Below are positions 28,896 to 38,545 of a DNA stretch of 64,000 bases, piece by piece. The DNA is from a virus: positions 5,840 to 69,839 of the IMG/VR virus record IMGVR_UViG_3300006201_000015. One strand, given 5' to 3'. Made by a program: the position numbers and the translations under genes. The notes under the pieces were generated by a model. The model was given only the letters and a program-made list of their open reading frames with translations. It ran no database searches and was not told where the DNA came from. Within the stretch, counting starts at the first letter, position 1. Each line of letters opens with the position of its first letter.

Positions 28896-30869
28896 TTATT
28901 GGTTACTCACTCTGCCAAACACCTCGTCTTCGCTATCATCCTCTACCAGTTGCTGGGGTGGGAACGGAAGTGGCGTAGTATATTTCCGTTTATCCCATGC
29001 GTATTGGTAGTCAAGCTCTGCCTCGGTTGTGAAGAACCGCTTAGACGGACGATCGTAAAAGGTTTCGATACTACGACTTTCATAGCCCGTTAGTCGGTCT
29101 TTCAGAATATCAAAAATGACATCCGCTTTAATGGGTTTTACCTTCCATCCGCTCCCATTCATTTTGGGAACGCCTTGACGATCTGACTCCTGTACACGGT
29201 AAAGGCTAATGATACGATGAGCAAGGTCAATAATAGCTGAAATACCTTGCACATCCATTTTGCTTAACCGCCGCATCATGTCGATTTTATGTGGATGGAC
29301 AACCAGGATTACAACGACATTGAACTTTACAGCAAACGCAATCAAATCCATAATGAAATCCGCCTGCTTATCGTACTTGTTGTTGTCATTGCTTTCCAAA
29401 TTGATAGCTGTCAGATTATCGAGAATCAACAGTTTTGTGCCGTATTTCCTCACCGAATCCTCCATGGATTTTAAGAGATCTGCTGATTTGTTGGATTCAC
29501 CGTCTTGCCGAATATAGAGCCGACCACGGTAAAATTCGCTGATTGCTCTTTTTGCTTCTGGTGTCACTTTATAGAAGACAGAATCATTATATTGACATTC
29601 CTTCACGTTCCGTTGGCCTGCGAAAATAAAGTTGAGCCAGTTCTTTGCCTGGAAGTTAGGCAATTCACCGGAAAAGAGGTATGCGTTTTCGCCTCGATCT
29701 AAGCATTGGCATATCACTTGATTTAAGAAGGATGATTTACCGCTGCCGTTAATGCCGGTTACAATGTTCAGCGTTCCATAGAATAGTTTCATCAGGTATC
29801 GGTCAAGATTGGGAAGTCCGGTCGGGATGCCGTCAAGAGCATCAAGGTCAATGTCTTCAATATCAGCGAAATCAACTACGCCCGGAACAGGGGAGTCTTT
29901 GGCGTCCAATATGATCTCCATAACTTTCTCTTTACCGAAGTAGTAAAGCACTTCATTGAGATCATTAACGGAATATCGCTGATTTGTCGTTTCGTCAACA
30001 TAGAGTTGAGGAACTTCTACAACTTTTGTCCGCCAGCTTCCCAGCCGATAGATACATTCCTTTTGCATTTTGAGGCCAGCTTCGTCATTATCAGAACAAA
30101 TTACGATAGAACTGAATTGTTCAAGAAAATCCCAGTTCTCTTCAATCCAGTGGAAGTTGGTGCTGCCAAGCGGAACAGAAACTGCATTTGTGAAACCTGC
30201 TTCGATTGCTGAAAGGCAATCTGGCTCTCCCTCGCAAATCAACAATGGGACTGTAGTGTTGATCCGATTCATGTTGAAAAGAAGTGGTGTGGTGTCTGCT
30301 CCTTTTTGGCACCAACATTTGTTTTCACCCTTTTTGACTTTTCTGGACGGACGATATTTCACCATTGTCAACACATCGTTGGTGTCGTAGTAGTTAAAAA
30401 CGGCATTCCCCTCACCGTCCTGTCTTACATCAGCATAATCTATCGTATGAGGGCTAATTTTGCGTTTTTTGAAGTATTCGTAAACCTGAGTCTTATCATC
30501 ACACACGACCTCTTTTGGGTACTGGTATTGCCGTCGTGTTTTTACTCCCAACTCTCCGAATGAGTAGGATATGCCAGCCAATTCAAAGAGCTTACGACAC
30601 GCTTGAGCATAGGTCATCCCTTTGTACATCAGCACATCCAAAATGTCATAGCTACGTGAACACGCACCAAAGCACCGAAAATTGAACGCCTTTTTATTAT
30701 AGATAAACGAAGCGTGATCTTCTTGGTGGAACGGGCAACAGCATTTCATATCCCGCACATCATAATCGGTTATGCCAAGCTCCTCCACGATGATTCGGGC
30801 ATTATCGTCACCGAGCTTTTCTTTTGCCTGCATAATTGCGTCGCGGTCAATCTGCACAGATAAAATCAC
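28896..30869 (-). CDS. primase-helicase (DnaG-like zinc finger and TOPRIM, plus DnaB-like helicase)
   Basis: CHC2 zinc finger CCCPFHQEDHASF...C.GAC. Walker A GINGSGKSSF in the C-terminal half. Confidence 0.85.
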   Translation of the reverse strand: MILSVQIDRDAIMQAKEKLGDDNARIIVEELGITDYDVRDMKCCCPFHQEDHASFIYNKKAFNFRCFGACSRSYDILDVLMYKGMTYAQACRKLFELAGISYSFGELGVKTRRQYQYPKEVVCDDKTQVYEYFKKRKISPHTIDYADVRQDGEGNAVFNYYDTNDVLTMVKYRPSRKVKKGENKCWCQKGADTTPLLFNMNRINTTVPLLICEGEPDCLSAIEAGFTNAVSVPLGSTNFHWIEENWDFLEQFSSIVICSDNDEAGLKMQKECIYRLGSWRTKVVEVPQLYVDETTNQRYSVNDLNEVLYYFGKEKVMEIILDAKDSPVPGVVDFADIEDIDLDALDGIPTGLPNLDRYLMKLFYGTLNIVTGINGSGKSSFLNQVICQCLDRGENAYLFSGELPNFQAKNWLNFIFAGQRNVKECQYNDSVFYKVTPEAKRAISEFYRGRLYIRQDGESNKSADLLKSMEDSVRKYGTKLLILDNLTAINLESNDNNKYDKQADFIMDLIAFAVKFNVVVILVVHPHKIDMMRRLSKMDVQGISAIIDLAHRIISLYRVQESDRQGVPKMNGSGWKVKPIKADVIFDILKDRLTGYESRSIETFYDRPSKRFFTTEAELDYQYAWDKRKYTTPLPFPPQQLVEDDSEDEVFGRVSNQ

Positions 30870-30926
30870 CTCGATTCGTTCGGCAAGTCAGCCCACTTTC
30901 GTGGGCTTGACTTTACCGATCGGAGA

Positions 30927-31778
30927 TTAGAAGCTAAAGCCGGGGCGCACACCCGCCGACCAGGAAGCAATGCTGTAGTCGATGGCGCCGGTGCCGTTCA
31001 CATAACAGAAAGAGCCGGTGTAGTTGTAATAGGGGGAACGCAACCCGCTGGAGCAGGGGTCGCCATCTTCATCAAGAGCGAAGTAAGGCACATCCTCCAA
31101 GCGGTAATATTCGTACCAGCTACCCTCGCCCGGAACAGAGTAGGCTACACGACCGTAAACCTCTTTCTCGCTGAGAATGAAGATACGATCAACGCTTTTG
31201 ACAATCTCCTTGCTACGCCCACCAGCAGAGGTAAGTTTGACCACGGGGCGAATAACAGCCTGTAGTTCATCGGAGCAAAGTGCCAAGAACTCCGAATTAA
31301 GCCACTGCCGAAGCTCACTTTTGTCCCAGCCGCCCTCGTTAGTGCATTCACTATTCCAAGGACGCCGCTCCTTATAAATCCGAACGGCCTCCCAAGAGAA
31401 TGGAGCTTTGCCGGAACCATCCGCCAGATCGTCGTGGTCGAAACCGATGATGCGATACTCTGCGGCGAAGCCGTTCTTCATGTGATCGGTCTTTACTGCA
31501 CCAACCGCGATTTGCTGTCGCGCTTTCTTACTCCGCCCAATAGCATCCAGCTCACCCCATGTCAGGTGGTTCAAATCTGTCAAAAGCCCAGCGGCAGGCT
31601 GTTGGACAAGGGTAGGTGTAACAATCTCCTGCGGGCAGCTGGAAATGAGCAGGCCGCTCTCATCCAGATCCACACTGAAGTTGATGTGCTTACGCTGGGC
31701 AAGCTCTTCTGCCGAAATGTAAAAATTCATATTGCAATCCTCGCTTTCTGTTTGTGAATGAAACTTAACTTTCATCAT
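30927..31778 (-). CDS. hypothetical protein
   Basis: 283-aa ORF. Confidence 0.3.
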   Translation of the reverse strand: MMKVKFHSQTESEDCNMNFYISAEELAQRKHINFSVDLDESGLLISSCPQEIVTPTLVQQPAAGLLTDLNHLTWGELDAIGRSKKARQQIAVGAVKTDHMKNGFAAEYRIIGFDHDDLADGSGKAPFSWEAVRIYKERRPWNSECTNEGGWDKSELRQWLNSEFLALCSDELQAVIRPVVKLTSAGGRSKEIVKSVDRIFILSEKEVYGRVAYSVPGEGSWYEYYRLEDVPYFALDEDGDPCSSGLRSPYYNYTGSFCYVNGTGAIDYSIASWSAGVRPGFSF

Positions 31779-32545
31779 AGAAATTCTTCGTACTCACACT
31801 CCACAGCTACATCACAGAGGTGTTTACAAAACCAAAAATCCAAGTTAGCATACCAGTCGTCAGTCGCTGTGATTTTGGCAATCAGCTTTGCTGCCCACAT
31901 TTCCACCTCGTCTAACCGCTCTTTTCTAAATGGTTCACAAATCCATGTGCCAGTCCGAAAACAGTTAAATTCGAGATAGTCGGGATATCGGCCATATAAC
32001 TGATAGACCGCACTGGCGTAGATATAGAGCTGCCGTAGGTACTTATCCAATTCAACATCTCCGAGGGTGGGCTTCGCCCTGTTGGAGCGAGGCTTCAATG
32101 CTCTGGATTTGTGATCGGTAATGTACAGCTTACCGCTCTCATCCTCAGACAACAGATCCAGAAAGCCTATAAACGAATGCCCGGCAAATTGGAATTGCAT
32201 CTTGTCCTCTACCTTTATTACTTTTCGGGCAGGGAACGACAGCGTTTTAAGGTACTGCCGTCCCTGCTCCAGATAACCCATATGAATCTTGTGTAATGGA
32301 GCTTTATCTGTGATGTCAGTTGTAAAATGGGAAAGGTAGTAAGGTGTAAGCTCTTCCTTATGCAGCATACCAGTCAGATATTGCTGAAGAATAGAGTGCA
32401 TCAGGCTTCCATATTGAGCGAAGAACTTCGACTGACCTGGTATTTCGTAGATGTACCGTTGGAGCCATAGATAAGGGCAGTCCTCAAAGGCGGACAGCCT
32501 CGAATAGCTCCACTCCATCGCCTCAATCGTTAGGTCATATCGCAT
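31775..32545 (-). CDS. PD-(D/E)XK nuclease of Cas4/RecB family with Fe-S cysteine cluster
   Basis: N-terminal CPYLW, ITDHKS nuclease motif, C-terminal CKHLCDVAVEC. Confidence 0.65.
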   Translation of the reverse strand: MRYDLTIEAMEWSYSRLSAFEDCPYLWLQRYIYEIPGQSKFFAQYGSLMHSILQQYLTGMLHKEELTPYYLSHFTTDITDKAPLHKIHMGYLEQGRQYLKTLSFPARKVIKVEDKMQFQFAGHSFIGFLDLLSEDESGKLYITDHKSRALKPRSNRAKPTLGDVELDKYLRQLYIYASAVYQLYGRYPDYLEFNCFRTGTWICEPFRKERLDEVEMWAAKLIAKITATDDWYANLDFWFCKHLCDVAVECEYEEFL

Positions 32546-32556
32546 TTAGTTCCTCC

Positions 32557-32991
32557 TTAGAACGGAAGCTCACCGTCATCCTCAGTCTCACCGGATTCTA
32601 CCTCACTCTCGGCGGTGGGAGGAGGTGCTTTCTTTGTAGATTTACCCTTGGTGGCGGGCGCAGAGGCATTTTCCTCACCTTGCCCCTTGCTACCACAGAA
32701 CTCTACACGGTCGGCCTTAATCTCCCATGCAATGCGGTTGTTGCCCTCTTTGTCCTCGTATTTGCGGCTCTGCATCTCACCTTGCACCAAGATTTCCTGC
32801 CCTTTGGAAAAATACTTGGACACAAACTCGGCAGTCTGCCGCCAGAACACAACAGTAAAGAAATCCGTCTCCTTATCTTTAGAATAGGGGCGATCTACGG
32901 CAACATTCACCGTACACACAGCGGTGTCACTCTGGGTGTAGCGCAGTTCAGGATCTTTGGTCAGTCGGCCTTTAATGATGATACTATTCAT
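32557..32991 (-). CDS. ssb: single-stranded DNA-binding protein
   Basis: OB-fold pattern IKGRLTKDPELRYTQSDTAVCTVNVAV...DFFTVVFWR and an acidic DDGELPF tail. Confidence 0.8.
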   Translation of the reverse strand: MNSIIIKGRLTKDPELRYTQSDTAVCTVNVAVDRPYSKDKETDFFTVVFWRQTAEFVSKYFSKGQEILVQGEMQSRKYEDKEGNNRIAWEIKADRVEFCGSKGQGEENASAPATKGKSTKKAPPPTAESEVESGETEDDGELPF

Positions 32992-33734
32992 GCTCCATTG
33001 CCTCCTACAAATTTCTTAACCGCTTCCAAGACATCAGTGGCGGTCTTCATGTTGGTAACAATCCGGTAGTTGCCGGACGGCTTGCCCTTTTCGTCCTTGA
33101 CGTGTTTCTTCACCACGGCAGTTAGCTTAGTGCGGGCGTCTTTCAGTTTCTCCTCGTCCTGGAAGCTGTTGAGGTAGTTGGAAATAAGCTCGTCGATTTC
33201 GTCAATCATGGCGGAAACGACTGCCCGCTCCTCTTCCTCAGCGGCCTGTAGCTTCTTACTCCGCCAGTTGTCGGGGTCGTCGTCAGGTGTAGCGATCTGG
33301 AAAAACTTCAGCAGGAAGTAGCGGTGGAGATAGCTAAGACCGCTGCCGACCGCTTGGCTGGCGTCGCTCTGCTGACCGACAATTACCCACGGCACCACCA
33401 GTGTGTCTTCCGGATTGTCCAAGTTGATCCATGTAAAGGTCATGTCGGCCTTAACCAGCACCTCGTTGACGCTCTCTTCGATCTTCTTGCCATCTTTGGC
33501 ATTCTTGATCTTGGTGTAGTTGTACGGGCTTACCTCCGCCGTCTGCGGGACAATGCCGGGATACAACAGAACATGGTATTTATCCATGCCGGCTGTCACA
33601 CGGGCCAGAATCTCATCCTCGGACACATACTTGTAGTTGTAGCCCGATTTGTTCTTACGGATAACCTCAACCATCTTGCGGATACCCGCCAACTTCTGGA
33701 CAAGGTTTAGGTCTTTGATTTCTTCATTTGCCAT
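32988..33734 (-). CDS. ERF-family single-strand annealing protein
   Basis: N-terminal LVQKLAGIRKMVEVIRKNKSGYNYKYVSEDEILARV pattern typical of Erf. Confidence 0.6.
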   Translation of the reverse strand: MANEEIKDLNLVQKLAGIRKMVEVIRKNKSGYNYKYVSEDEILARVTAGMDKYHVLLYPGIVPQTAEVSPYNYTKIKNAKDGKKIEESVNEVLVKADMTFTWINLDNPEDTLVVPWVIVGQQSDASQAVGSGLSYLHRYFLLKFFQIATPDDDPDNWRSKKLQAAEEEERAVVSAMIDEIDELISNYLNSFQDEEKLKDARTKLTAVVKKHVKDEKGKPSGNYRIVTNMKTATDVLEAVKKFVGGNGA

Positions 33735-33746
33735 ACTATCCTCCTT

Positions 33747-33766
33747 GATTTTGTTTGTTGTTAACC
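33747..33766 (-). promoter_or_regulatory. conserved leader motif copy 8
   Basis: gattttgtttgttgttaacc, upstream of erf. Confidence 0.5.
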
Positions 33767-33773
33767 GAGATTT

Positions 33774-34031
33774 TTAATCGTCACCAAACGATTTGAGCAT
33801 AAAGCATGAGTCGCAATAGCACTCACCGCTTGATTCGATTCGTACATATTCGCCGGTAATTGCTTCGCCACAGCCGTCGCACACGATTGTTGACGCATAT
33901 GCCCCATCGCAGACTGGGCAACCGCTGAATTGCTCATATGGTGGCGTGTCCAATCCGTGACGTTCTTCCCATCTCTTGGGTTCATCGAAAGTCGCCCCAC
34001 AGTCCAAACAGGTGTATTCTCCCAACATCAA
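33774..34031 (-). CDS. zinc-ribbon protein
   Basis: CLDCGA...CPVCDG...CDGCGE...C..C. Confidence 0.3.
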   Translation of the reverse strand: MMLGEYTCLDCGATFDEPKRWEERHGLDTPPYEQFSGCPVCDGAYASTIVCDGCGEAITGEYVRIESSGECYCDSCFMLKSFGDD

Positions 34032-34321
34032 TGCTTAACCACTTTCCAAACGGCAGTATTGCGAGTGGTGATCTGACTCCGGCGTTTGCCGACCACCTCT
34101 ACTACACCATCCTCTTTCAACTCTGTCAAACGAGGACGAGTAAAGTTAGGGTCAATGTGAGAAATCTTTCCGTCGTGAAGAAGCTGCTGGGCAATCTCTT
34201 CCGCCGTCATACCCCCAGGATCGCCATTCTTTAGCACCTCCAGGATCATATCCTTACGGCTTTCCCGTTTCGGTTTAATCTCATTGTAGGCTTCACGACG
34301 ATTCATAATTACGATGCTCAA
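34028..34321 (-). CDS. winged-helix DNA-binding protein
   Basis: ILEVLKNGDPGGMTAEEIAQQL...LKEDGVVEVV pattern. Confidence 0.4.
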   Translation of the reverse strand: MSIVIMNRREAYNEIKPKRESRKDMILEVLKNGDPGGMTAEEIAQQLLHDGKISHIDPNFTRPRLTELKEDGVVEVVGKRRSQITTRNTAVWKVVKH

Positions 34322-34339
34322 AGGATCTCATCCTTTCTA

Positions 34340-35191
34340 TTAGGAAGCTGATACCAGCCCGTTTTTGCACCCCCCCCCACCAGCTTCGGCTTTCAGGGCA
34401 CGGGCCACGGTACTTCCATCGTAAATGCGGTTAGCATCTCCGTTGTAGTCGTTGATATATCCAAGCTGGTGGAGATCGTCACTTTCGATAGCCCGATTTT
34501 GTTCGTCGCTATTAGGCGATTTATCAAAACTGGCAAGCGCCTTTTCAAAAGCGCCAATACCAGAGAAAAAAGATCCTACCACCATATCTTCAAAAAGATA
34601 CGGCATAGCTTCACACAGTTCTCCCATAATGGCACAAAGCACATCCACCACAATGGAATTTCCGGCCTGCTTGTAAAGCTGAGAGCCGCTACGGTCATTG
34701 CCACTGTATAGGTTCTGATTCATTGCGGTTTGTGCCTTAGCGAAGTCTTCGTCTGTGAAGCCCATAAGCCGCCAACACTCTCGCTGGGTGAGCTTTCTCA
34801 CCCGAAACCCTGGACGGATCGCGATAGGCGTTTGTCCGCCACCCATCCGTGCCGCACTGTTTACACACGGGCAAATCCCGTCCGACCGGGGAGATTGGTG
34901 TTTCTGAAGACCACCAATCATTGTAATATCGTTCTCAATCACTCTCTTGTCCCCCCCCCCGTCAATGGTGCGAATCGTGCCGCAGACATCATCTCGGAAA
35001 AACCGAATGCCCTCGTCACATCGCTGCTCACATACAATCTTCATATCTTCTTCATCCTCCATGGTAATTTCCATAACCAGTTGTCTTCGTTTCTTTTTAA
35101 GATACTGTTGGATGGTGGTGCCCTTATAGTAATTTGCATCAATGCAATATGCCACTGGTGGTGCAAGCAACACCTTTACCAAGTCATTCAT
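34340..35191 (-). CDS. DNA cytosine-5 methyltransferase, C-terminal segment (TRD, motifs IX and X, then a motif-I-like FFSGIGAF); possibly a separate beta subunit
   Basis: NYYKG TRD motif, RKLTQRECWRLMGF (IX), QAGNSIVVDV (X), then VVGSFFSGIGAFEKAL (motif I-like). Own SD (AGGAG) and ATG that overlap the upstream frame's stop. Contains in-frame C10 (34951-34960) and C9 (34370-34378) tracts. Confidence 0.65.
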   Translation of the reverse strand: MNDLVKVLLAPPVAYCIDANYYKGTTIQQYLKKKRRQLVMEITMEDEEDMKIVCEQRCDEGIRFFRDDVCGTIRTIDGGGDKRVIENDITMIGGLQKHQSPRSDGICPCVNSAARMGGGQTPIAIRPGFRVRKLTQRECWRLMGFTDEDFAKAQTAMNQNLYSGNDRSGSQLYKQAGNSIVVDVLCAIMGELCEAMPYLFEDMVVGSFFSGIGAFEKALASFDKSPNSDEQNRAIESDDLHQLGYINDYNGDANRIYDGSTVARALKAEAGGGGCKNGLVSAS

Positions 35192-35391
35192 TCTTCTCCA
35201 TCACTCCTGTCATTTGCTGGTTCCCAAAGCCTTTGTAATCGCGGGCCAGCAGTGCCAAGGCTGTATCGCAGTACCCTTCAAACTTGCTTCCTTTCTTACT
35301 CAGTTTCACGCCGGAAAGAGAGCAAATCCCATGAGTGCCTGTCTGTGGAGCCTCGACCTCCGGCTCTGACGGTGTTACTGATTGGTTTGAG
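35184..35391 (-). CDS. C5-methyltransferase segment in a third frame (second TRD-like block), reached from segment B by a shift at the G8 tract
   Basis: Translation ...GICSLSGVKLSKKGSKFEGYCDTALALLARDYKGFGNQ contains a TL.A..YKG-type TRD motif. Open frame from the tract (35393-35400) to a stop that overlaps the next ATG. Confidence 0.4.
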
Positions 35392-35836
35392 CGGGGGGGG
35401 TAATCATGGCAGCTACTTTATCGTCAGATAGGTAATAGCGCTCGTCAACATGGTCGTCAAGCATATCGACCAGCGCCTTTTTCAGCGGAATCGGCGTGGG
35501 AAACTTGAATTTTCCGTTGTCCAGATCCTTGCGGACGATGACACAATACACACGCTCTCGGTTTTGAGGAATACCATAGTGTTTTGCGTTCAGCACCTGC
35601 CAATAGACATTGTAGCCGTAGTCTTCCAACTCTTTTACAAAGAGGTCGAAAGTGGTGCGGAAGCGGGAACCAGTAATGTTTTTGACATTTTCATAGATGG
35701 CAAAGCGGGGCTTCTTTTCTCTCAGGAAGCGCAACCATTCGACGAGCAAAGAAGAACGAGTCTTCTCAATCTCGGTTGAACCACACTTAGGGCAATGGTC
35801 ACGCTGATCGTAGTGAGCTTCCAGAGGGTTGTACAC
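35375..35836 (-). CDS. C5-methyltransferase segment B (motifs V-VIII and TRD start)
   Basis: TRSSLL (V), FAIYENVKNI (VI), QNRERVY (VIII), YYLSDDK. Ends ...ITPPAQTNQ, read across the G8 tract. Confidence 0.65.
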   Translation of the reverse strand: MYNPLEAHYDQRDHCPKCGSTEIEKTRSSLLVEWLRFLREKKPRFAIYENVKNITGSRFRTTFDLFVKELEDYGYNVYWQVLNAKHYGIPQNRERVYCVIVRKDLDNGKFKFPTPIPLKKALVDMLDDHVDERYYLSDDKVAAMITPPAQTNQ

Positions 35837-35849
35837 ATGACCGCAGTGT

Positions 35850-36062
35850 TTACAAGTCCATGCAGCCCCCCCCCTGTTTGCCCGCTATGCTGAAGTCCTG
35901 GCACGGGCTTCCACCAAACATGGTGTTAAAATCTGGAACAGCTTTCTCGTCGGCCTGTGTGATATCACCGATGTTGGCTGTCGAATCGACACCGTGAATG
36001 GCGCAATAGCTTTCTGCGGCGTACTTATCGAACTCGCAGAAAAGGGCGGTTTTGAAATCCAA
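35850..36062 (-). CDS. C5-methyltransferase segment A (post-motif-I region, motif IV PCQ); TTG start behind a consensus sigma-70 promoter
   Basis: EFDKYAAESYCAIHG, then GGSPCQDFSIAGKQ. Terminates after the C9 tract (35866-35874). Motif I is absent from this N-terminus. Confidence 0.65.
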   Translation of the reverse strand: MDFKTALFCEFDKYAAESYCAIHGVDSTANIGDITQADEKAVPDFNTMFGGSPCQDFSIAGKQGGGCMDL

Positions 36063-36068
36063 GGTTCT

Positions 36069-36097
36069 TACCTCCTATATTATAGCGTATTTCGGGC
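36069..36097 (-). promoter_or_regulatory. consensus sigma-70/sigma-A promoter (TTGACA-17-TATAAT) driving the C5-methyltransferase locus
   Basis: Minus strand reads TTGACAagaagcccgaaatacgcTATAATataGGAGGtaagaaccTTG. Confidence 0.55.
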
Positions 36098-36098
36098 T

Positions 36099-36118
36099 TC
36101 TTGTCAACGATTTTGTTC
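36099..36118 (-). promoter_or_regulatory. conserved leader motif copy 9 (here followed by the consensus sigma-70 promoter rather than an SD)
   Basis: gattttgttcgttgttaatg. Confidence 0.5.
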
Positions 36119-36135
36119 GTTGTTAATGAAGTTTT

Positions 36136-36662
36136 TTATGCGCTTTTGTCGATCTCCTCAAAGATGATTTGCTTCGGGAGTATGCTGTAGCACACATACA
36201 CGCTACTGAACGGCGGGTTAAGCGACGGTTTTTGATCCGTATAACTCTTGAAGTAAGAGACACGGCGGTTCAGATACATAATCTCGAAATCGTGATCTCG
36301 GAACATACTGAACCGCCGCTGGCTCTCAAAGAGTCCCACCACACCGACCAGCATGGCAAAGGGGATTTTGAGCTGGAACAGCCGCTCAAACACTTCACCT
36401 TTCAGAGAGTAGGGCGGGTTGCTGATAATATAGTCGCACTGTGGCGGTTCCAACTCAAAGAAATCCTGCCCGTTGCAAATGTGCGTAGCAATTACGGTAT
36501 ACCCGCGCTGGCGGAACAGCTTTACGAATAGGCTATCCTCCGTGTCAAAGGGGCACCATATCACTGCGGGGGGGGTGCTAAATACTTGTACAGCGGAGCA
36601 ATCGCATACTCCGGCGTGTAGAACTCGTCGTTGCCGCTACCGGCAACTTTATCCATCTTCAT
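36136..36662 (-). pseudogene. N6-adenine DNA methyltransferase split by a frameshift at a G8 tract (36568-36575)
   Basis: Upstream frame: MKMDKVAGSGNDEFYTPEYAIAPLYKYLAPP. Downstream frame: AVIWCPFD...ISNPPYSLKG (NPPY). One extra G fuses the two frames. Confidence 0.6.
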
Positions 36663-36707
36663 AAAAGATTCCTCCTTGGTCATAAAAGTCTGCTTTCATC
36701 CTACTGA

Positions 36708-37295
36708 CTACTTTTTGTTCCCCATCATCGAATCAAGGCCAATCACGTCGGCAAGTTTTTCCCCGATTTGCCTTTTCACCTCTTCCGTAATCTTTTTCTT
36801 GATGTTGTCCGTAACTTCGGTAGTAGCCCTCTTAATTGCATATTCCATATCGTGGTTTACGGCCTTATCAAGAATGTATTCCAGGCGCGTTTTACAGGAG
36901 CCATATCCGGAGGCGGGCTTTCCAGAGCTGTCTACTTTTTGATCCAGGTATTGAGCGCAGGACTCCTTCAACTGCTCCCGAACGGTTATACCACGCTTTA
37001 CAACATCTCCCCACCTATCGGTGATGTCTTTAGGCGTGTCAAAAAACTCCTGCATCATAGCATTAAGTTTTTCGCTGATTTCGTTTTCGAGGGATGCCAT
37101 TTTTGCGTCTAAGAGTTTTCTCGCTTCGCTTTCCAAAGAGTTTGTGATGTTTGTTCCAACCTTTGCGACAATGCCCGAAAGAATTTCGTCCCTCAGCCGC
37201 CCGTCAAGGTTCTCTTCCTCGTCCAACCAGTCCAAGTTGACTGTTACATTAAATGTTGCCATTGCAAAAACCTCCATAGTTTTTAGAATGAGCAC
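36708..37295 (-). CDS. hypothetical protein
   Basis: 195 aa, predicted helical. Confidence 0.3.
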   Translation of the reverse strand: MLILKTMEVFAMATFNVTVNLDWLDEEENLDGRLRDEILSGIVAKVGTNITNSLESEARKLLDAKMASLENEISEKLNAMMQEFFDTPKDITDRWGDVVKRGITVREQLKESCAQYLDQKVDSSGKPASGYGSCKTRLEYILDKAVNHDMEYAIKRATTEVTDNIKKKITEEVKRQIGEKLADVIGLDSMMGNKK

Positions 37296-38113
37296 TCACA
37301 AGGCAAGTTGCCATCATCTTGGACAAGTTTCCTTGCTGCCGCCCAGAACTTTTGCGGCTTAGTCTTCTCAGATGGTGGTAATGCTTTTTCTTTGAGCCTG
37401 GCAAATTCCATCTCAAAATCTGAAAGATAGCCCTGTTTGAGAATGCTGTATCCGATAGCCGCCTCAGCCTGTTTTGCTTTCTCCCAGATCTCGGGATAAA
37501 GACAATAGACAATAAACCAGTGCTGTTTACCAGCTTTGAGGCAACCGGTGCAATTTGCATGATTGAAAATGCTGTAGGTCTTCGGACGTTCGATCCCAAC
37601 CTCTTCAATATTATGAACAGTACGTATCTCCCAGGTCAGCGGGTATTCCGTGTGATATCCCATAGCAGCCATGATACCAACCCTACGCTGAATACGATGC
37701 TGCTCATTAGTATCAAAGCCGTAGACCAGAGAAATATCGTCCCTTATCTGGGGAGGATTTGTGGGATAGTGCTCGGATAACCACTTATGAAACGGTTCGG
37801 TCTTTAGCCTGTTTGTGCAGAAAGCGGTTGACTGAGCGCCAGACTTGAACGCTTTAATTTCCATACACACATCAAACTGGTCTTTGACTTCCCATCCAGG
37901 CATATTGGCATAAGTGATAGGAACGCCCAAATAATCCGAAACCTCATTCTTAAAACGTTTGATATCTTCGTCTTCGGTACGGGGACATAGGTCATGATTG
38001 AGCAAAATCGTGTTCTCTGCCCCGTACCTTCTGACTACCTCCACGGCGGCGATTGCTGAAGAATGACCGCCAGAAAAACATACGATGTGTTTCATACCGA
38101 CCACAACCATCAC
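37283..38113 (-). CDS. PP-loop ATP pyrophosphatase (PAPS reductase/QueC-like superfamily)
   Basis: HIVCFSGGHSSAIAA (SGGxxS PP-loop). C-terminal CTGC. Confidence 0.6.
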   Translation of the reverse strand: MMVVVGMKHIVCFSGGHSSAIAAVEVVRRYGAENTILLNHDLCPRTEDEDIKRFKNEVSDYLGVPITYANMPGWEVKDQFDVCMEIKAFKSGAQSTAFCTNRLKTEPFHKWLSEHYPTNPPQIRDDISLVYGFDTNEQHRIQRRVGIMAAMGYHTEYPLTWEIRTVHNIEEVGIERPKTYSIFNHANCTGCLKAGKQHWFIVYCLYPEIWEKAKQAEAAIGYSILKQGYLSDFEMEFARLKEKALPPSEKTKPQKFWAAARKLVQDDGNLPCECSF

Positions 38114-38252
38114 TGGCTGAGGTCAACTGCCTAATCCTCCTAAGCTACTTTCCACAAACCTAAAGTCCGTGTTTGAATAATTTCACGCTGTAACAGGCAG
38201 CTTTACCATGTACTTATCAATCTTACATGAACCTGGTTTACCAGGATTGGTA

Positions 38253-38528
38253 TTAACTCCTTCCGTTGTTATTGTTCGTTTGTGAACTCTTGAAGTATTT
38301 TCCGATTGTAGCCAGTGTTGCACAGGCCAATGGAATGAAATCCGGGGTAAATCGGGTTGTGTTGAACATTAGGTTCATGCCACCAGCGATGGCATTGCCA
38401 ACACATACTTTTAGTATCCAGCCACCGATCCATGCACACCCAAATGTGAGAACCGGACTGAAAACCAGCAATCCGATAAATCCTAAAATGGTCGTTACAA
38501 TGCCGATACCCTCAAATGTCCTTTTCAA
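38253..38528 (-). CDS. small membrane protein
   Basis: 91 aa, 2-3 hydrophobic helices. Confidence 0.3.
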   Translation of the reverse strand: MKRTFEGIGIVTTILGFIGLLVFSPVLTFGCAWIGGWILKVCVGNAIAGGMNLMFNTTRFTPDFIPLACATLATIGKYFKSSQTNNNNGRS

Positions 38529-38545
38529 AACTTACACTCCTTTAC

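Noticed and set aside
36565-36662. Separate small gene upstream of the N6A methyltransferase
   Set aside because: Its product (MKMDKVAGSGNDEFYTPEYAIAPLYKYLAPP) is the missing N-terminal AdoMet-binding region of the methyltransferase, joined by a 1-nt change at the G8 tract. It is one gene with a frameshift.
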